Positions 1 to 9,395 of a DNA stretch of 64,000 nucleotides are shown one piece after another (the stretch's first letter is position 1; every line of letters starts with the position of its first letter). Source of the DNA: an uncultured Verrucomicrobiota bacterium (GTDB lineage: Bacteria; Verrucomicrobiota; Verrucomicrobiia; Limisphaerales; JADLHS01); NCBI GenBank assembly GCA_903828255.1, contig CAIKLQ010000998.1, positions 3,133 through 67,132 of the forward strand. Reading direction: 5' to 3'. Under the pieces are notes generated by a model. It was not told where the DNA came from, searched no databases, and saw nothing but the letters and a program-made list of their open reading frames with translations. The translations under genes and the position numbers were made by a program.

Positions 1-270
1 TATCAAAGTCCCGCCAGTCACTGTTATTAATGATCGGACTTATCGCAAGCAATGCCGGTTTATCAGGGGGCGTCTGCAACTTGCCGTCGTTGATGAATTT
101 CTTTAAGGATTCAATCATTGTAGCCGCCGCGTCATTCAAATCCTTCTGGTCAAGTTCGGATGAGATAACTGCTTTTTTATCCACCGGATCGCGGGTGACA
201 GTTGTCGCACAGCCGGTCAAAACCAGCAGGGCGAGGCAGGAAAAGAATAAAGGCAGAACTTTTGTTTTCA
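1..270 (-). CDS. LpoB-like (COG3417) lipoprotein, N-terminal part; gene runs off the window start
   Basis: Absent from the ORF track because it has no stop in the window. Reverse complement of 1-270 reads MKTKVLPLFFSCLALLVLTGCATTVTRDPVDKKAVISSELDQKDLNDAAATMIESLKKFINDGKL..PALLAISPIINNS. It has a lipobox (LTGC) and an LpoB-like N-terminal pattern. ATG is at 270-268. Confidence 0.55.
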
Positions 271-328
271 TAATTTCCATGTGGATTGCGTTTGTTTTGT
301 TTTGCAGAGGGGTGTTCATATTTGTCTT

Positions 329-754
329 TTAGTCTTCGATCAACTTCAGGCGAAAATCTTTCGCGGTTTCGGTCGGCGCGGTCGCGTTCAAGAACAGGCT
401 TTCCTTGCCCTCAATGTGCCGTGGCAACGACACCGAGGTCGGGGTGCTAACCAGATTGCCGTTCTCGTCGAACCATTCGAACTTGTAATTGAAACGTTGC
501 AACGAGCGCGTCGTATTGAGCACTTCAACCTGAATTCTCAACAATCCACCGACACCAGTGCTTTCATTCACGCCTAGAACCCGGACCCTTCGGTTCAAAC
601 TGGCGTCGGTAATAATGCGCTTATCTGCAACCATCTGCTTTTGCGCGGTAGGCTGGGCGCGCTCAACAGTGTTGACAGTGCTGCATCCGGTCAGGCAAAC
701 CAGTCCTACAGTGAGGCTGAAGCCGGAAAACGAGAAGAGCTTGCGAGTTTTCAT
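329..754 (-). CDS. YcfL-family (DUF1425) lipoprotein
   Basis: 141 aa with lipobox LTGC. RIQVEVLNTTRSLQRFNYKFEWFDENG matches the YcfL/DUF1425 pattern. The start overlaps the upstream stop as ATGA (751-754). Confidence 0.7.
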   Translation of the reverse strand: MKTRKLFSFSGFSLTVGLVCLTGCSTVNTVERAQPTAQKQMVADKRIITDASLNRRVRVLGVNESTGVGGLLRIQVEVLNTTRSLQRFNYKFEWFDENGNLVSTPTSVSLPRHIEGKESLFLNATAPTETAKDFRLKLIED

Positions 755-2205
755 TTTAGTTTGATTTGCGTAACCATCAGTGCGTTGGTGGCGCTGGTGG
801 ATTTGACATATATCAGATTCACCGTGCCATCCCCTACTGTGACCTCAAGCTTCGACATTCCGCCCGGCCCGGAGAGTTCGAGTTTGCGGTCCAGTGGTGT
901 CGGTATCCGACAAAACTGGAATTCTTTGGGCAGCGTGTTCCAAGTTCGGGTGTCGGCAATGTTCACGGACGCTTGAAGAGCCGAAAGCAGTAAATCCATA
1001 AGAAACTTCGTCAATGCATCTTGTTTTTCCATTTTCTTGCTGACTCCATACGCTGCCGCTGCTTTGACAGCCGTGGAAATGAGGGTTTTGGTGATGATGG
1101 TCGGCAACTCATCCTTAAAAGCTTGTCCCACCACGCTGTCCATGCTTGAAAGAAGCGCCGTAGTTTCATTTGTTCCTCCAGCGCCGACATTAAGGCTGGA
1201 CAATTGGCCTTCTTGAAACTTGAGCGTAGGAAAGGCAGCTCCGATGTAGGGGACTTTTTGCACACCTACGAGAAAAAGCGGAATATCAATTCGGATCTGG
1301 TTACGAATGGGCGCGCATCCTGTCTCAAAGATTACATAGGTCGTTGGCGGGATTGGTGTTCCTTGCAAAACTTGATCCATCATTTCCAAGTCCTGCTTGA
1401 TGAACTTGTTCTCACCGATGCTGCCCAAGGTGAAACGGAACGAATCGCGCGCCCGTTCCAAATCAGATCGGCCGGTATTCGCCGTCAGGAAAAAGAGCGC
1501 ATCCAGATAATACACAAAAGGGTTGACATAATTCGTCTTGGCCTGAAACCCGTCCAAAAATCCGTAGTTGGTTTTGACCTGCTGAGTAAAGTTGGGGTCG
1601 GCTTTCGCCTTGTCCGCCATTTCCTTGCCTTTATCCGCCCCCTTAATTGGCTTGCCTTGGTCGTCCTTCGCCTCTTTAAGTTTTTCAGCCGCTTCCTCGG
1701 TTTGTGCAATGCGCCGCTTGTTGTTTTCTTCCGCGTCCTGCTGGCGCTGGGAGGCTCGGATCAATTCAACGCGCGCTTTTGCCGGCTCGCCAAGTTGGAG
1801 AAAGTTTAGTGCCTTGTAAGCGTTCAACATCACCTTGTCGTAATCCCGACCCTTATAGGGCAGGTTGGCCTGAGTAGTGAGCAAAGCGCCCGTTTCCTGG
1901 CTGATGCTGACCTTGGCCTTCTCATCGTAGGAGTTAATCTTTTCCTCAGCCGCGTCAAATGCAGTATCGCTTTCCGGGTACTGTCCCGCCGCCCGCAGCG
2001 CCGCGCCTTGCTCCAGTCGCCAGATGACGGTGTCCTTGTTGTCCTTATTTTTCTCAGCTTGGGCAGTAAATTGCTTCGCGGCGTCCTGTACGTTGCCCTG
2101 CCGCCAAGATGCCATCGGCGGCTTGTACGTTTGGCAGCCGGTTACGAAAGCGCCGGCCAGGCAAATCATCGCCAGCAGATACACGTTGGATTTCATATTG
2201 GTCAT
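751..2205 (-). CDS. COG3014-type lipoprotein (TPR-like N-terminus)
   Basis: 484 aa with lipobox VTGCQ and a charged coiled middle. The C-terminal part has a pattern I associate with COG3014 proteins that neighbour LpoB/YcfL genes. Translationally coupled to the next gene. Confidence 0.6.
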   Translation of the reverse strand: MTNMKSNVYLLAMICLAGAFVTGCQTYKPPMASWRQGNVQDAAKQFTAQAEKNKDNKDTVIWRLEQGAALRAAGQYPESDTAFDAAEEKINSYDEKAKVSISQETGALLTTQANLPYKGRDYDKVMLNAYKALNFLQLGEPAKARVELIRASQRQQDAEENNKRRIAQTEEAAEKLKEAKDDQGKPIKGADKGKEMADKAKADPNFTQQVKTNYGFLDGFQAKTNYVNPFVYYLDALFFLTANTGRSDLERARDSFRFTLGSIGENKFIKQDLEMMDQVLQGTPIPPTTYVIFETGCAPIRNQIRIDIPLFLVGVQKVPYIGAAFPTLKFQEGQLSSLNVGAGGTNETTALLSSMDSVVGQAFKDELPTIITKTLISTAVKAAAAYGVSKKMEKQDALTKFLMDLLLSALQASVNIADTRTWNTLPKEFQFCRIPTPLDRKLELSGPGGMSKLEVTVGDGTVNLIYVKSTSATNALMVTQIKLK

Positions 2206-2250
2206 AGCTTGTCCGTTAGTTGAAGGGTTGGAGTTCTGATTTCTGAAATT

Positions 2251-3165
2251 TTAAGGAGACTTCGCAGCCGGAAGCCTAAGAACCGCACCAACCGCCACGC
2301 CGTTGTCCTCCAGCAATTCCGCCGTTGTGCTCTTGGGCTGCACGCTAACGACTCTAGCCTTGCCCACCAAGACTTCTTCCCGTCCCAGCGATTCCTTTGT
2401 GTCTGGATCAATCAATTCCTCGCCGACGGCGAACACGTTCCAGGTTTGACCCACCACGATGCCGGTGCCATCGCCGCGATTGATCATGATTTGTTTATCC
2501 CGCTTCGTGAGAACCTTGGCGGGGAAAATCACGTCGGCCACGTGGTTGGCAATCTTTCCAGCCATATCGCGAGCGATGACAACCAGCAGATCATCGGTAA
2601 GATTTCCGTCTGTGGCGGTGCTGCTGTATTCACTGATGTCCTTGTTGGTGGCGGTTTGGAAATTTGCGGATTCGCGGAGCTTGCCGGATTCGGTCCAATA
2701 AACCTTGCTGACCGCTGAAAGCCGAATTTCTCGCACGGTAATCACTTCCTTCTGAATCTTCAGCTCCTCTTTCCGGGTTATATCCTGAAAATTATCCACC
2801 GTGGTAATCAAATAGAACTTGGTTCCCGCCAGCTTGAAAAGTTGCGGGAGAGATGGATCGTTGGCGTCGAAATTGCCGGAATGTGCCTGATCCTGCTTTT
2901 TGACGAGTTCCTTCAAATCACTCGTTGCCACGATTTGAAACTTTCGAGTCGTGTTAAAACTGTCAAGCAACTGGCTGTCGAGGGACTCAACAACGCGCCC
3001 CATCGAAAGAGTTTTGCCGGCCTTGTCCACGACTTGCTTGAGTGAAGTTGTTGGTGTGATGGACGCAATACCCAAAGTCTCCGCCTGTCCTCGAACCAAA
3101 TCGGGAATCAGAGTCAATGGCAATACTAGGAAACAAAATATTCGGTGTTTAATTAGTGTGGTCAT
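2251..3165 (-). CDS. CsgG/LpoB-fold-like periplasmic or outer-membrane protein
   Basis: 304 aa with a signal peptide. Pattern is ..FQIVATSDLKELV.. LAGTKFYLITTVDNF .. DLLVVIARDMAGKIANHV, followed by a C-terminal beta domain. Resembles the CsgG/COG1462 family. Confidence 0.45.
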   Translation of the reverse strand: MTTLIKHRIFCFLVLPLTLIPDLVRGQAETLGIASITPTTSLKQVVDKAGKTLSMGRVVESLDSQLLDSFNTTRKFQIVATSDLKELVKKQDQAHSGNFDANDPSLPQLFKLAGTKFYLITTVDNFQDITRKEELKIQKEVITVREIRLSAVSKVYWTESGKLRESANFQTATNKDISEYSSTATDGNLTDDLLVVIARDMAGKIANHVADVIFPAKVLTKRDKQIMINRGDGTGIVVGQTWNVFAVGEELIDPDTKESLGREEVLVGKARVVSVQPKSTTAELLEDNGVAVGAVLRLPAAKSP

Positions 3166-3190
3166 AAAGTTTTTCTCCTGTCAGAAAGGT

Positions 3191-4519
3191 CTAATTTCCC
3201 AAAAGTTTCAGAGTGGCTCCGTCAAATAGGGATTTACCTTTAGCCTCAATGTTAGCGTTGACAACCGTTTTGGTGTCCACCCGGTAGCCGCTTTGGCGCA
3301 AAGTTTGGGCGAAACCTCCCATCATCTCACGCAGGCCATCGGTCATCTTCTCACCAGCCTTTATGGCAAAAAGAAAAGTGGTGTTGTCTTTCCAACGGGC
3401 ATAGCCGGCCTCGGACATTTGCAAGGCGGTGTTTTCGAACCTTTGCCCATCCGAACAGTTTACGGTCCGTTCCCAAGGGGTGAATCCTTCGCGGGTAATC
3501 CGCATCTTGCTCAAACCCGGACGCACCTTGAACTTGCCGGGAGCGGAACCGATCGCAATTCCATCCATTTCGACCGTCGCATTCAGCACTTGGATTCCCA
3601 TGCGATTGGTGGACACTGCAAATGTGCCGTCATCGAGGATGCGAATGTCCGGGAGGGAAGTCGGCAAATTCACGAGGTCTTGCATGGAGCAGGAAACCGT
3701 GATTTCCACCAGTTTTGGCTGGCTGGATATTGTGGTTGGCCGTTTCCAGCGAGGATCTTCTGCAACTTGAGTTGCCGCATCGTCGAGCAAGTCGTTGACG
3801 ATGTCTGAATTTTCCGTTTGGTTGCTGTCGGTAAAACGGATCGTTTTAACCGCCTTAACTGTGTTCCCAATCAAACTTCCTCCTTGCGCCGCCTCCAACA
3901 ACTTGCAACTAACTCGCAACGTGTAGATGACGTTAACCGTCTTCAACTCGGCGTCGGTTTTCTTCTCAGTGCCGAATGAGGTGATTGAGGCCACAAGCAG
4001 ATAATCCGCTCCCAAGTTTTGTGCGAGGCGAAGGGCGGACGAACTGTCACTTAAAGCCGTATCCGAGCTGGTTGGTCCCGGCGTGGCTGAAGCTTGCGCC
4101 GCGGTTGCGGTTCCAACCACGACGGCCGCCTCCTTTGAACCGGTGGGGGTCTCCACTTTTGCGGCCACCGCCGTGGCCGACGCCGTTGAAACCCCAACAC
4201 TGGAATACGTTTTGAGCGCGTTGATGGACACTTCGCGGCTGATAACCGAGAAGCCTTTTTCTGTGATTCGGCTGGTGAGAAAATCCTCCAGCACCGCCAC
4301 TTTGTCATTCAGGGCAGGCCCGACGCGGTTCTCGACAAAAATTGCGGCCATTCGCCGGTTGGCGTTGGCGGAGTCTTGCACCGCCCCCGCCACTGGCTGC
4401 GCGGCGGCGGTTTGCGGCTCCGACAGGAGCAGAGCGGATGAGGCAATAAATGCCAGTAGCGTTGGAAGGGCGATCCACGGAATGATTTTGTTTGTTTTCA
4501 TGTTGTAACCTTTTGACAT
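3191..4519 (-). CDS. Secreted protein with CsgG/LpoB-like N-domain and C-terminal PEGA domain
   Basis: 442 aa with a signal peptide. MKTNKIIPWIALPTLLAF (ATG at 4501) is an alternative start. N-domain: AAIFVENRVGPALNDKVAVLEDFLTSRITEKGFSVISRE. PEGA-like segment: VEMDGIAIGSAPGKFKVRPGLSKMRITREGFTPWERTV. Confidence 0.6.
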   Translation of the reverse strand: MSKGYNMKTNKIIPWIALPTLLAFIASSALLLSEPQTAAAQPVAGAVQDSANANRRMAAIFVENRVGPALNDKVAVLEDFLTSRITEKGFSVISREVSINALKTYSSVGVSTASATAVAAKVETPTGSKEAAVVVGTATAAQASATPGPTSSDTALSDSSSALRLAQNLGADYLLVASITSFGTEKKTDAELKTVNVIYTLRVSCKLLEAAQGGSLIGNTVKAVKTIRFTDSNQTENSDIVNDLLDDAATQVAEDPRWKRPTTISSQPKLVEITVSCSMQDLVNLPTSLPDIRILDDGTFAVSTNRMGIQVLNATVEMDGIAIGSAPGKFKVRPGLSKMRITREGFTPWERTVNCSDGQRFENTALQMSEAGYARWKDNTTFLFAIKAGEKMTDGLREMMGGFAQTLRQSGYRVDTKTVVNANIEAKGKSLFDGATLKLLGN

Positions 4520-5218
4520 TCAGCCGCCCACGGTGAGGCTCACGGGGTTGCTCCACTGGCCGACTTGGACATCGCCCAGGCGGTAGATGGCTTTGTAGGT
4601 CCACTTGGCGGGCGCGGCGGGAAAGGGCTGCGTGTCCACATAGCCGGGCGTGGTGTCAAAGGTCAGCGGGATAAAGCCTTTGCCGTCGGCGCGGTCCACC
4701 TGGATTTCGCACAGATCCAGGAAAGCGGCGTTGCCGCCCCAGCCCCAGCCAACTTCCACGCGACCGCCACTGATTTGCACGGCGAACACCGGCTGCACGG
4801 TGGCCAAATCCGGCCCGGTTTGTTGCGCGCCTTCGATGCCCAGGGCTTCGCCCATCGCGGGGTTGTAGTTGGGGTTGGCCTTGAGCTGTTTGACGAGCAC
4901 CCGGAACCGCGCCTCAACGCCCAGCGCCACCGCCGCCACCGCCGGCGGGAACGTGGGGGCCACGGGGGATCCGGCGGCCGGGGGCGCGCCGCCGCCGCGC
5001 ACGAGGTCTTTCCACGTCGTCCATTGCTGCGCGCCGTTCTGCATGGGCCGCTGGCATTGGAGGACATAGCTGAAATAATCGGCATCCGCTGCCTGTGCCG
5101 CAAGCTGTGGGGCGGCCAGGCCCAAAACGGTCGCGTAACTGCCGATGTTCAGCTTGAAGGTTTGCAGTTGGGCGGCGAAGTCGTCGTCATTTCCGGCGAG
5201 GTATTTTGTTTTGGCCAT
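4520..5218 (-). CDS. Hypothetical protein (no family recognised)
   Basis: 232 aa with protein-like composition. Its stop TGA (4522-4520) directly abuts the ATG at 4519 of the next gene. The C-terminal half looks like a beta-sandwich (WTYKAIYRLGDVQVGQWSNPVSLTV). Confidence 0.55.
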   Translation of the reverse strand: MAKTKYLAGNDDDFAAQLQTFKLNIGSYATVLGLAAPQLAAQAADADYFSYVLQCQRPMQNGAQQWTTWKDLVRGGGAPPAAGSPVAPTFPPAVAAVALGVEARFRVLVKQLKANPNYNPAMGEALGIEGAQQTGPDLATVQPVFAVQISGGRVEVGWGWGGNAAFLDLCEIQVDRADGKGFIPLTFDTTPGYVDTQPFPAAPAKWTYKAIYRLGDVQVGQWSNPVSLTVGG

Positions 5219-5243
5219 AAAGGTTTGGGGGGTGGAGTTAGAG

Positions 5244-5271
5244 GGTTGGGGGTTTGGGGTTTGGGGAACGG
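5244..5271. repeat. G-rich heptanucleotide tandem array (ggtttgg-type, about 4 units)
   Basis: Read directly: ggttggg ggtttgg ggtttgg ggaacgg. It lies 26 nt upstream of the ATG at 5218, so it is C-rich on the coding strand. Confidence 0.6.
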
Positions 5272-5824
5272 GTTGGAACCGGGCAATTCTTATTTTGGCG
5301 GGGCACCGGCTGGCAGCCGGCTTTGGGCGTAACGGAGGCGCGGCGGGACCCCAACCACAGAAACGGCGGCCCGCATCCGTCCGTTGAGCTTAAGCCGGTT
5401 GCAGACCGGCGCTCCGGTGGCCGGGCCCAGTTGCGCCCGTCGTTCGCAGCGGGCCGCGCGGGGTGAAAACCCACGGTTTGGGGCGGTTTTCGTGGTTTGG
5501 GACGGAAAAACGCCGCGGCAGGATGAATGCGCCGCGCGGCAACCCGGAGTTTCCTTGCGGCGAAAGGTTTTTGCCGCGCGGCAAAAATGCTCCTGACCCA
5601 CGGCGGAACGAGGTCGCCGCGCGGGGACGCGATCGGGCGGCGCGGGGACGCGGTTTCGGCGCGAGGCGGGAATAACCCGGGCGCCCGGCGGGAATGAAGG
5701 GGTGGCGAGGCGGATTGCATTTGCCGCCGGGCAACCCGGAGTGGCCGCGCGGGAGAATCGTCTGGCCGTCGGGAAAAAGGATTGAAAAAACCGGAAAAAT
5801 CTACCTGCGGAAGTTGCCGGATTG

Positions 5825-5921
5825 CCGGCGAGCCGTGGCCGGCGAGCCGTGACCGGCGAGCCGTGACCGGCGAGCCGTGACCGGCGAGCCGTGACCGGCG
5901 AGCCGTGACCGGCGAGCCACA
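5825..5921. repeat. 14-bp tandem repeat, about 7 copies (ccggcgagccgtga)
   Basis: Counted directly: ccggcgagccgtgg, then five copies of ccggcgagccgtga, then a partial ccggcgagccaca. There are no spacers between copies. Confidence 0.9.
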
Positions 5922-6312
5922 GTCGGCAAGCTGACTAGGGCAAACGAATGGCGTTGGATTTTCGTTTGCCGAAGTTTCATAATCATTTTTCCCCGAGCGA
6001 GCGGGGCGCAGTAGGACAGGTTGGGAATGGCTTGTCAAGGGCCGGACGAAGATTTTTTACGAATTATGCGGAGCGCCGACTTGGAGTCAGTTTGGCGGCG
6101 GCCCCGCGCCAAGAGCGGACGCATGCGGGGAGCGCTGGGGAATGTGTGGTAGGGGAATGCAGGCGACAGGTCTTATTCCCCTGACCATTATTCCCATGAC
6201 TTTTGCGGGCGGCCTCGGGTCTAACGCCAGCGCCAAAATGGGCAGCCAGAGCAGCGAAAACCCCGATGGACACCGATGGACACGGATGAACTTGGAAAGC
6301 ACAATTGACCGG

Positions 6313-6405
6313 CCGCAAAGAGCGCAAAGGACGCAAGGGAAGACCATTGGCCATAGATAGTTCTCACCCACCGGGTAATCTTCGCGCTCTTTGCGTCCTT
6401 TGCGG
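6313..6405. repeat. Imperfect inverted repeat built from gcaaag-type units
   Basis: ccgcaaagagcgcaaaggacgcaagg (6313-6338) faces cgcgctctttgcgtcctttgcgg (6383-6405). The arms are only partially complementary because the internal units are swapped. Confidence 0.6.
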
Positions 6406-6535
6406 TTCAACTGCTCCGTTTAGGCAGGACACCGATTTCTCCGCCGGTTTCTTCGCGGCGCGGCGCTGCGTTCAAGCCGGACTCCGAAATAGAAGCGCTC
6501 TTGGTACGGACCGGGGCGCTGGCTTTACCGGCGGA

Positions 6536-6635
6536 GCGCGGGTCTGTGACCCGCAGCGCGTCGGCAGTGGTGGGGGGTGAGAATTTTTCCAGAGCCCTCG
6601 GGGGTGGCGATCCGCTGCGGGTCACAGACCCGCGC
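6536..6635. repeat. Perfect 23-bp inverted repeat pair separated by 54 bp
   Basis: gcgcgggtctgtgacccgcagcg (6536-6558) is the exact reverse complement of cgctgcgggtcacagacccgcgc (6613-6635). Confidence 0.85.
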
Positions 6636-6822
6636 GCCGCGGCCGCTTCCCCGGTCATTCGCCAGTTCCACTTTGGATTTCGGGTTCAAGCCGGCCTGCA
6701 ATAGTCCAAGTTGATCGCGGGCGGCGCGGAACTCTGCCGCGGTGGCGGCTGTGTTGCGCTGGGTCCGCGGGGCCTCGAAGTTCAGCCGCACTTCCCATCG
6801 TGAAGCCCGGGAAGGTGGCGAT

Positions 6823-8196
6823 TCAGCCGACGGCTTTCGCCTTCATTGCGCGTTGCTTGCGCATCACCAGCAGCATGGCGCAGCCACCGATGAAACCGAA
6901 GCCAGCCATCGTCGGATACCAAATCCCCCAACCATATTTATCAATCAGCCGCCCGGTGATCGGCAACGCGATGGCGGTGCCGTAGTATTGGAAGGAGTCA
7001 ATCACGCCGGTGGCGAACCCGGCCATCTTGCGCCCGCCAATGTCCATCGGTGCCGCGGAACCCACGATGGCGTGCGTGGAATTGGCTGTCAGCGACACCA
7101 ATACCAGAAAGAGGCAACCGAGAAAAATCCCGAGCGGAGTCGGTCCCACGACGCCCATGTAAATCACCAGCGCGGCGCACAGGATCACCAGGCTTTCAAA
7201 ATAGTAGAGCGTCATGGCCACCGGCGAGCGGTGGCCCTTGAAAAATCTGTCTGACACGTAGCCGGCTGTGAAGGACCCGAACACTGCGACAATCGGCATG
7301 AGGTTCATCGTGTAAAAAACGGCGGGCGGTTTTGCGGCCAGATCGAGTTTGAGCTGTTCCACGAAGTAGAGGACTGCGAGTTGATCGGAACTGTTGCGCA
7401 CGGCCCCGGTGCAGGCGTAGGCCACCGCGTAATACCAGACCAGCGGATGGGTGAAGATGGTCACGAAAGATTCCTTGAGGCTGGCCCGCGTGCCGTCGTC
7501 GGCCTTGCCATCGCCGTCGCTTACCACGCCGGAATAACCGGCCTCCTCCGGGGTCTCCTTCGGAATCAGCACGAGCAGGATCGCCATGACGGCCGTGAAG
7601 ATTGGCGGGATGCGGAAGAGCCAGCGCCATTCGCCGGCGGCCACCGTCCAGGTGCCCACGGCAAAGCCCGCGAGGATGATGGGCGCGAGGTTGTTGATCG
7701 CGAACTGGCCCGATTGGATCATGAAGCCGAAAATGCCGGCGAAGGTGCCGCGCTCGGTGCGGTTGAACCACGCCGCGTTGATCTTGACCATGCCCGGCGC
7801 GCCGAAGGATTGGAACCAGCCGTTCAGCAACCAGATCAGGGCGAAGGTGGAAAAGGTCCCGACGAAGGAAGCGAATCCGAAAACCAGATTCACGGTGATG
7901 GTGCCGATCGCGCCGATGAACATGGCGATCTTCCCGCCGATGCGGTCCGTGAGCAGGCCGTTGACAAGCTGGCCGGTGCCGTAGGCGATGGACCAAGCGC
8001 TCAACATGTCGGTGATGTCGCTCTTGCTGAAGTGAAACTCCGCGATCAGCCCCGGCGTGGCGAAACGGAAATTGTAGCGGCACATGTAAAAGGACGCATA
8101 CATGAGCCCGAGGATGACCCAGTTCAAACCGCGCCGGGGACGGAAGCCGGGAGGATACTGGAGGCGCACGGGGGATGGGGAGGCGCTGATGTTCAT
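6823..8196 (-). CDS. MFS transporter, organophosphate:phosphate antiporter (GlpT/UhpC)-like
   Basis: 457 aa with about 12 TM segments. The N-terminal MYASFYMCRYNFRFATPGLI matches the Y..R.NF..A.P motif region of the OPA family, and LTDRIGGK matches MFS signature 2. Confidence 0.7.
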   Translation of the reverse strand: MNISASPSPVRLQYPPGFRPRRGLNWVILGLMYASFYMCRYNFRFATPGLIAEFHFSKSDITDMLSAWSIAYGTGQLVNGLLTDRIGGKIAMFIGAIGTITVNLVFGFASFVGTFSTFALIWLLNGWFQSFGAPGMVKINAAWFNRTERGTFAGIFGFMIQSGQFAINNLAPIILAGFAVGTWTVAAGEWRWLFRIPPIFTAVMAILLVLIPKETPEEAGYSGVVSDGDGKADDGTRASLKESFVTIFTHPLVWYYAVAYACTGAVRNSSDQLAVLYFVEQLKLDLAAKPPAVFYTMNLMPIVAVFGSFTAGYVSDRFFKGHRSPVAMTLYYFESLVILCAALVIYMGVVGPTPLGIFLGCLFLVLVSLTANSTHAIVGSAAPMDIGGRKMAGFATGVIDSFQYYGTAIALPITGRLIDKYGWGIWYPTMAGFGFIGGCAMLLVMRKQRAMKAKAVG

Positions 8197-8918
8197 GGTT
8201 GTTTGTGATCGGGTCGGCAGTGCTCTGGCTTCGGACGCCAGCTAAACAGGCGGGGGCGTGAAGGTCAAAAGGTTTCACCCTGAAGTTTTCGCCGATGGCA
8301 GCGCTACATTTTCGCAGACAGGACTGCGCAAACATGGCCCTCCACGCGCCCGCCCCCCGCAGCCGGCAAAATCATGCGGAGGGCAGGTGGGGGCGTTCTG
8401 GCCTCCTCCGCATGGGGTTGCCTGCTCCACGAACAACCGCAATGCGGCGGCTTGGCATTACGACCACCTTGTTGGTTTTTCATGGTTAGGAGAGCCCCCT
8501 CATGTGGGCTGCTACTTTTCAAACAGGCTCTCACAGGATGCGCCTGGAAGGGTGTTTACCTGACAGGAGCCTCCGTTGCGCCCCGCCGGGAAAAATCCCC
8601 AAGTCCCAAGCCCGGTCGGCGGGCGGCTCGAGGCCGCTGGTTTGCGCTTCACGTTTCTGGCCACGGACGAAACCATCGAGGCGGCGGAGGACAAAGCCAC
8701 CCCGGACATTTTTTGCGCGCCGGGCGCGGCGGCGGTTCGGGAAGTGGAGCGCAAGGTGGGCTCTGGGATCGCGTCCCGAACTCACACGGGCCGCTCCACG
8801 GACGGGCGGTAGCACGGCGCCGGGTTTCGGCGGTGGCGGACTTGACCAGCAACTTGACCAGCGACAAATGGCTTGGCAGCGGCAGCGGCCAGATGCAAAG
8901 CTGACCCCGCGCAAATTT

Positions 8919-9395
8919 ATGAAACTTTTGTCACCCCTTTGGCGAGTCCTGCTGGTCACGCTTTTTCTGGGCGCGACTGCGCTGCGGGCCGCGGAGGAAG
9001 CGAAACCGGGGATCTGGTTTCTGCGGCTGCAACTCAAGGAGGGCGCGTTTTCGCTCGTGAGCGCGACCACCGTGCCCGGCGGGCTGAAAATTCCGCGCGG
9101 CGCAAAGCCATCCAAGGAGCTTCAATTGGTCGTGGAGGATGCCGCGGGCAAGGCGGTTTGGACGGAGGAAATGGCGGACCCTTCGGTGGAGCGGTTGGAG
9201 TACACGGAGGCCGCGCAACCAGGGGTCCTTCAAGTGAAGAAAGTGCGGCGGGCACAAGTTGATTTCACGGTGCGGGTGCCAGCGGCGTCGGCCAAGCGCA
9301 CGCTCGCGATTTACCGCCGGGTTGCGCCGGGCGCGAGCTCCGCTCCGAAAACGGCGGCAACGCGGCAATTGGTTGGCCGCATCGCGCTGCCATGA
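8919..9395 (+). CDS. Small secreted hypothetical protein
   Basis: In-frame ATG at 8919 inside ORF 8502-9395 gives MKLLSPLWRVLLVTLFLGATALRAAEE, a signal peptide. The upstream part of the ORF is R/P/A-rich junk. The stop overlaps the next start as ATGA at 9392. Confidence 0.55.
   Translation: MKLLSPLWRVLLVTLFLGATALRAAEEAKPGIWFLRLQLKEGAFSLVSATTVPGGLKIPRGAKPSKELQLVVEDAAGKAVWTEEMADPSVERLEYTEAAQPGVLQVKKVRRAQVDFTVRVPAASAKRTLAIYRRVAPGASSAPKTAATRQLVGRIALP

Noticed and set aside
5825-5921. Tandem array as a possible CRISPR
   Set aside because: The units are 14 bp and directly abutting with no spacers, and there are no cas genes in the window.
5238-6038. 266-aa ORF and neighbouring ORFs (5290-5734, 6064-6410, 6407-6791, 6742-7254) in the repeat-dense spacer
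   Set aside because: Their translations are dominated by R, P, A and G, and they read straight through the 14-mer array (SPVTARRSRLAGHG repeated). There are no start context or family motifs, so the region is treated as non-coding.
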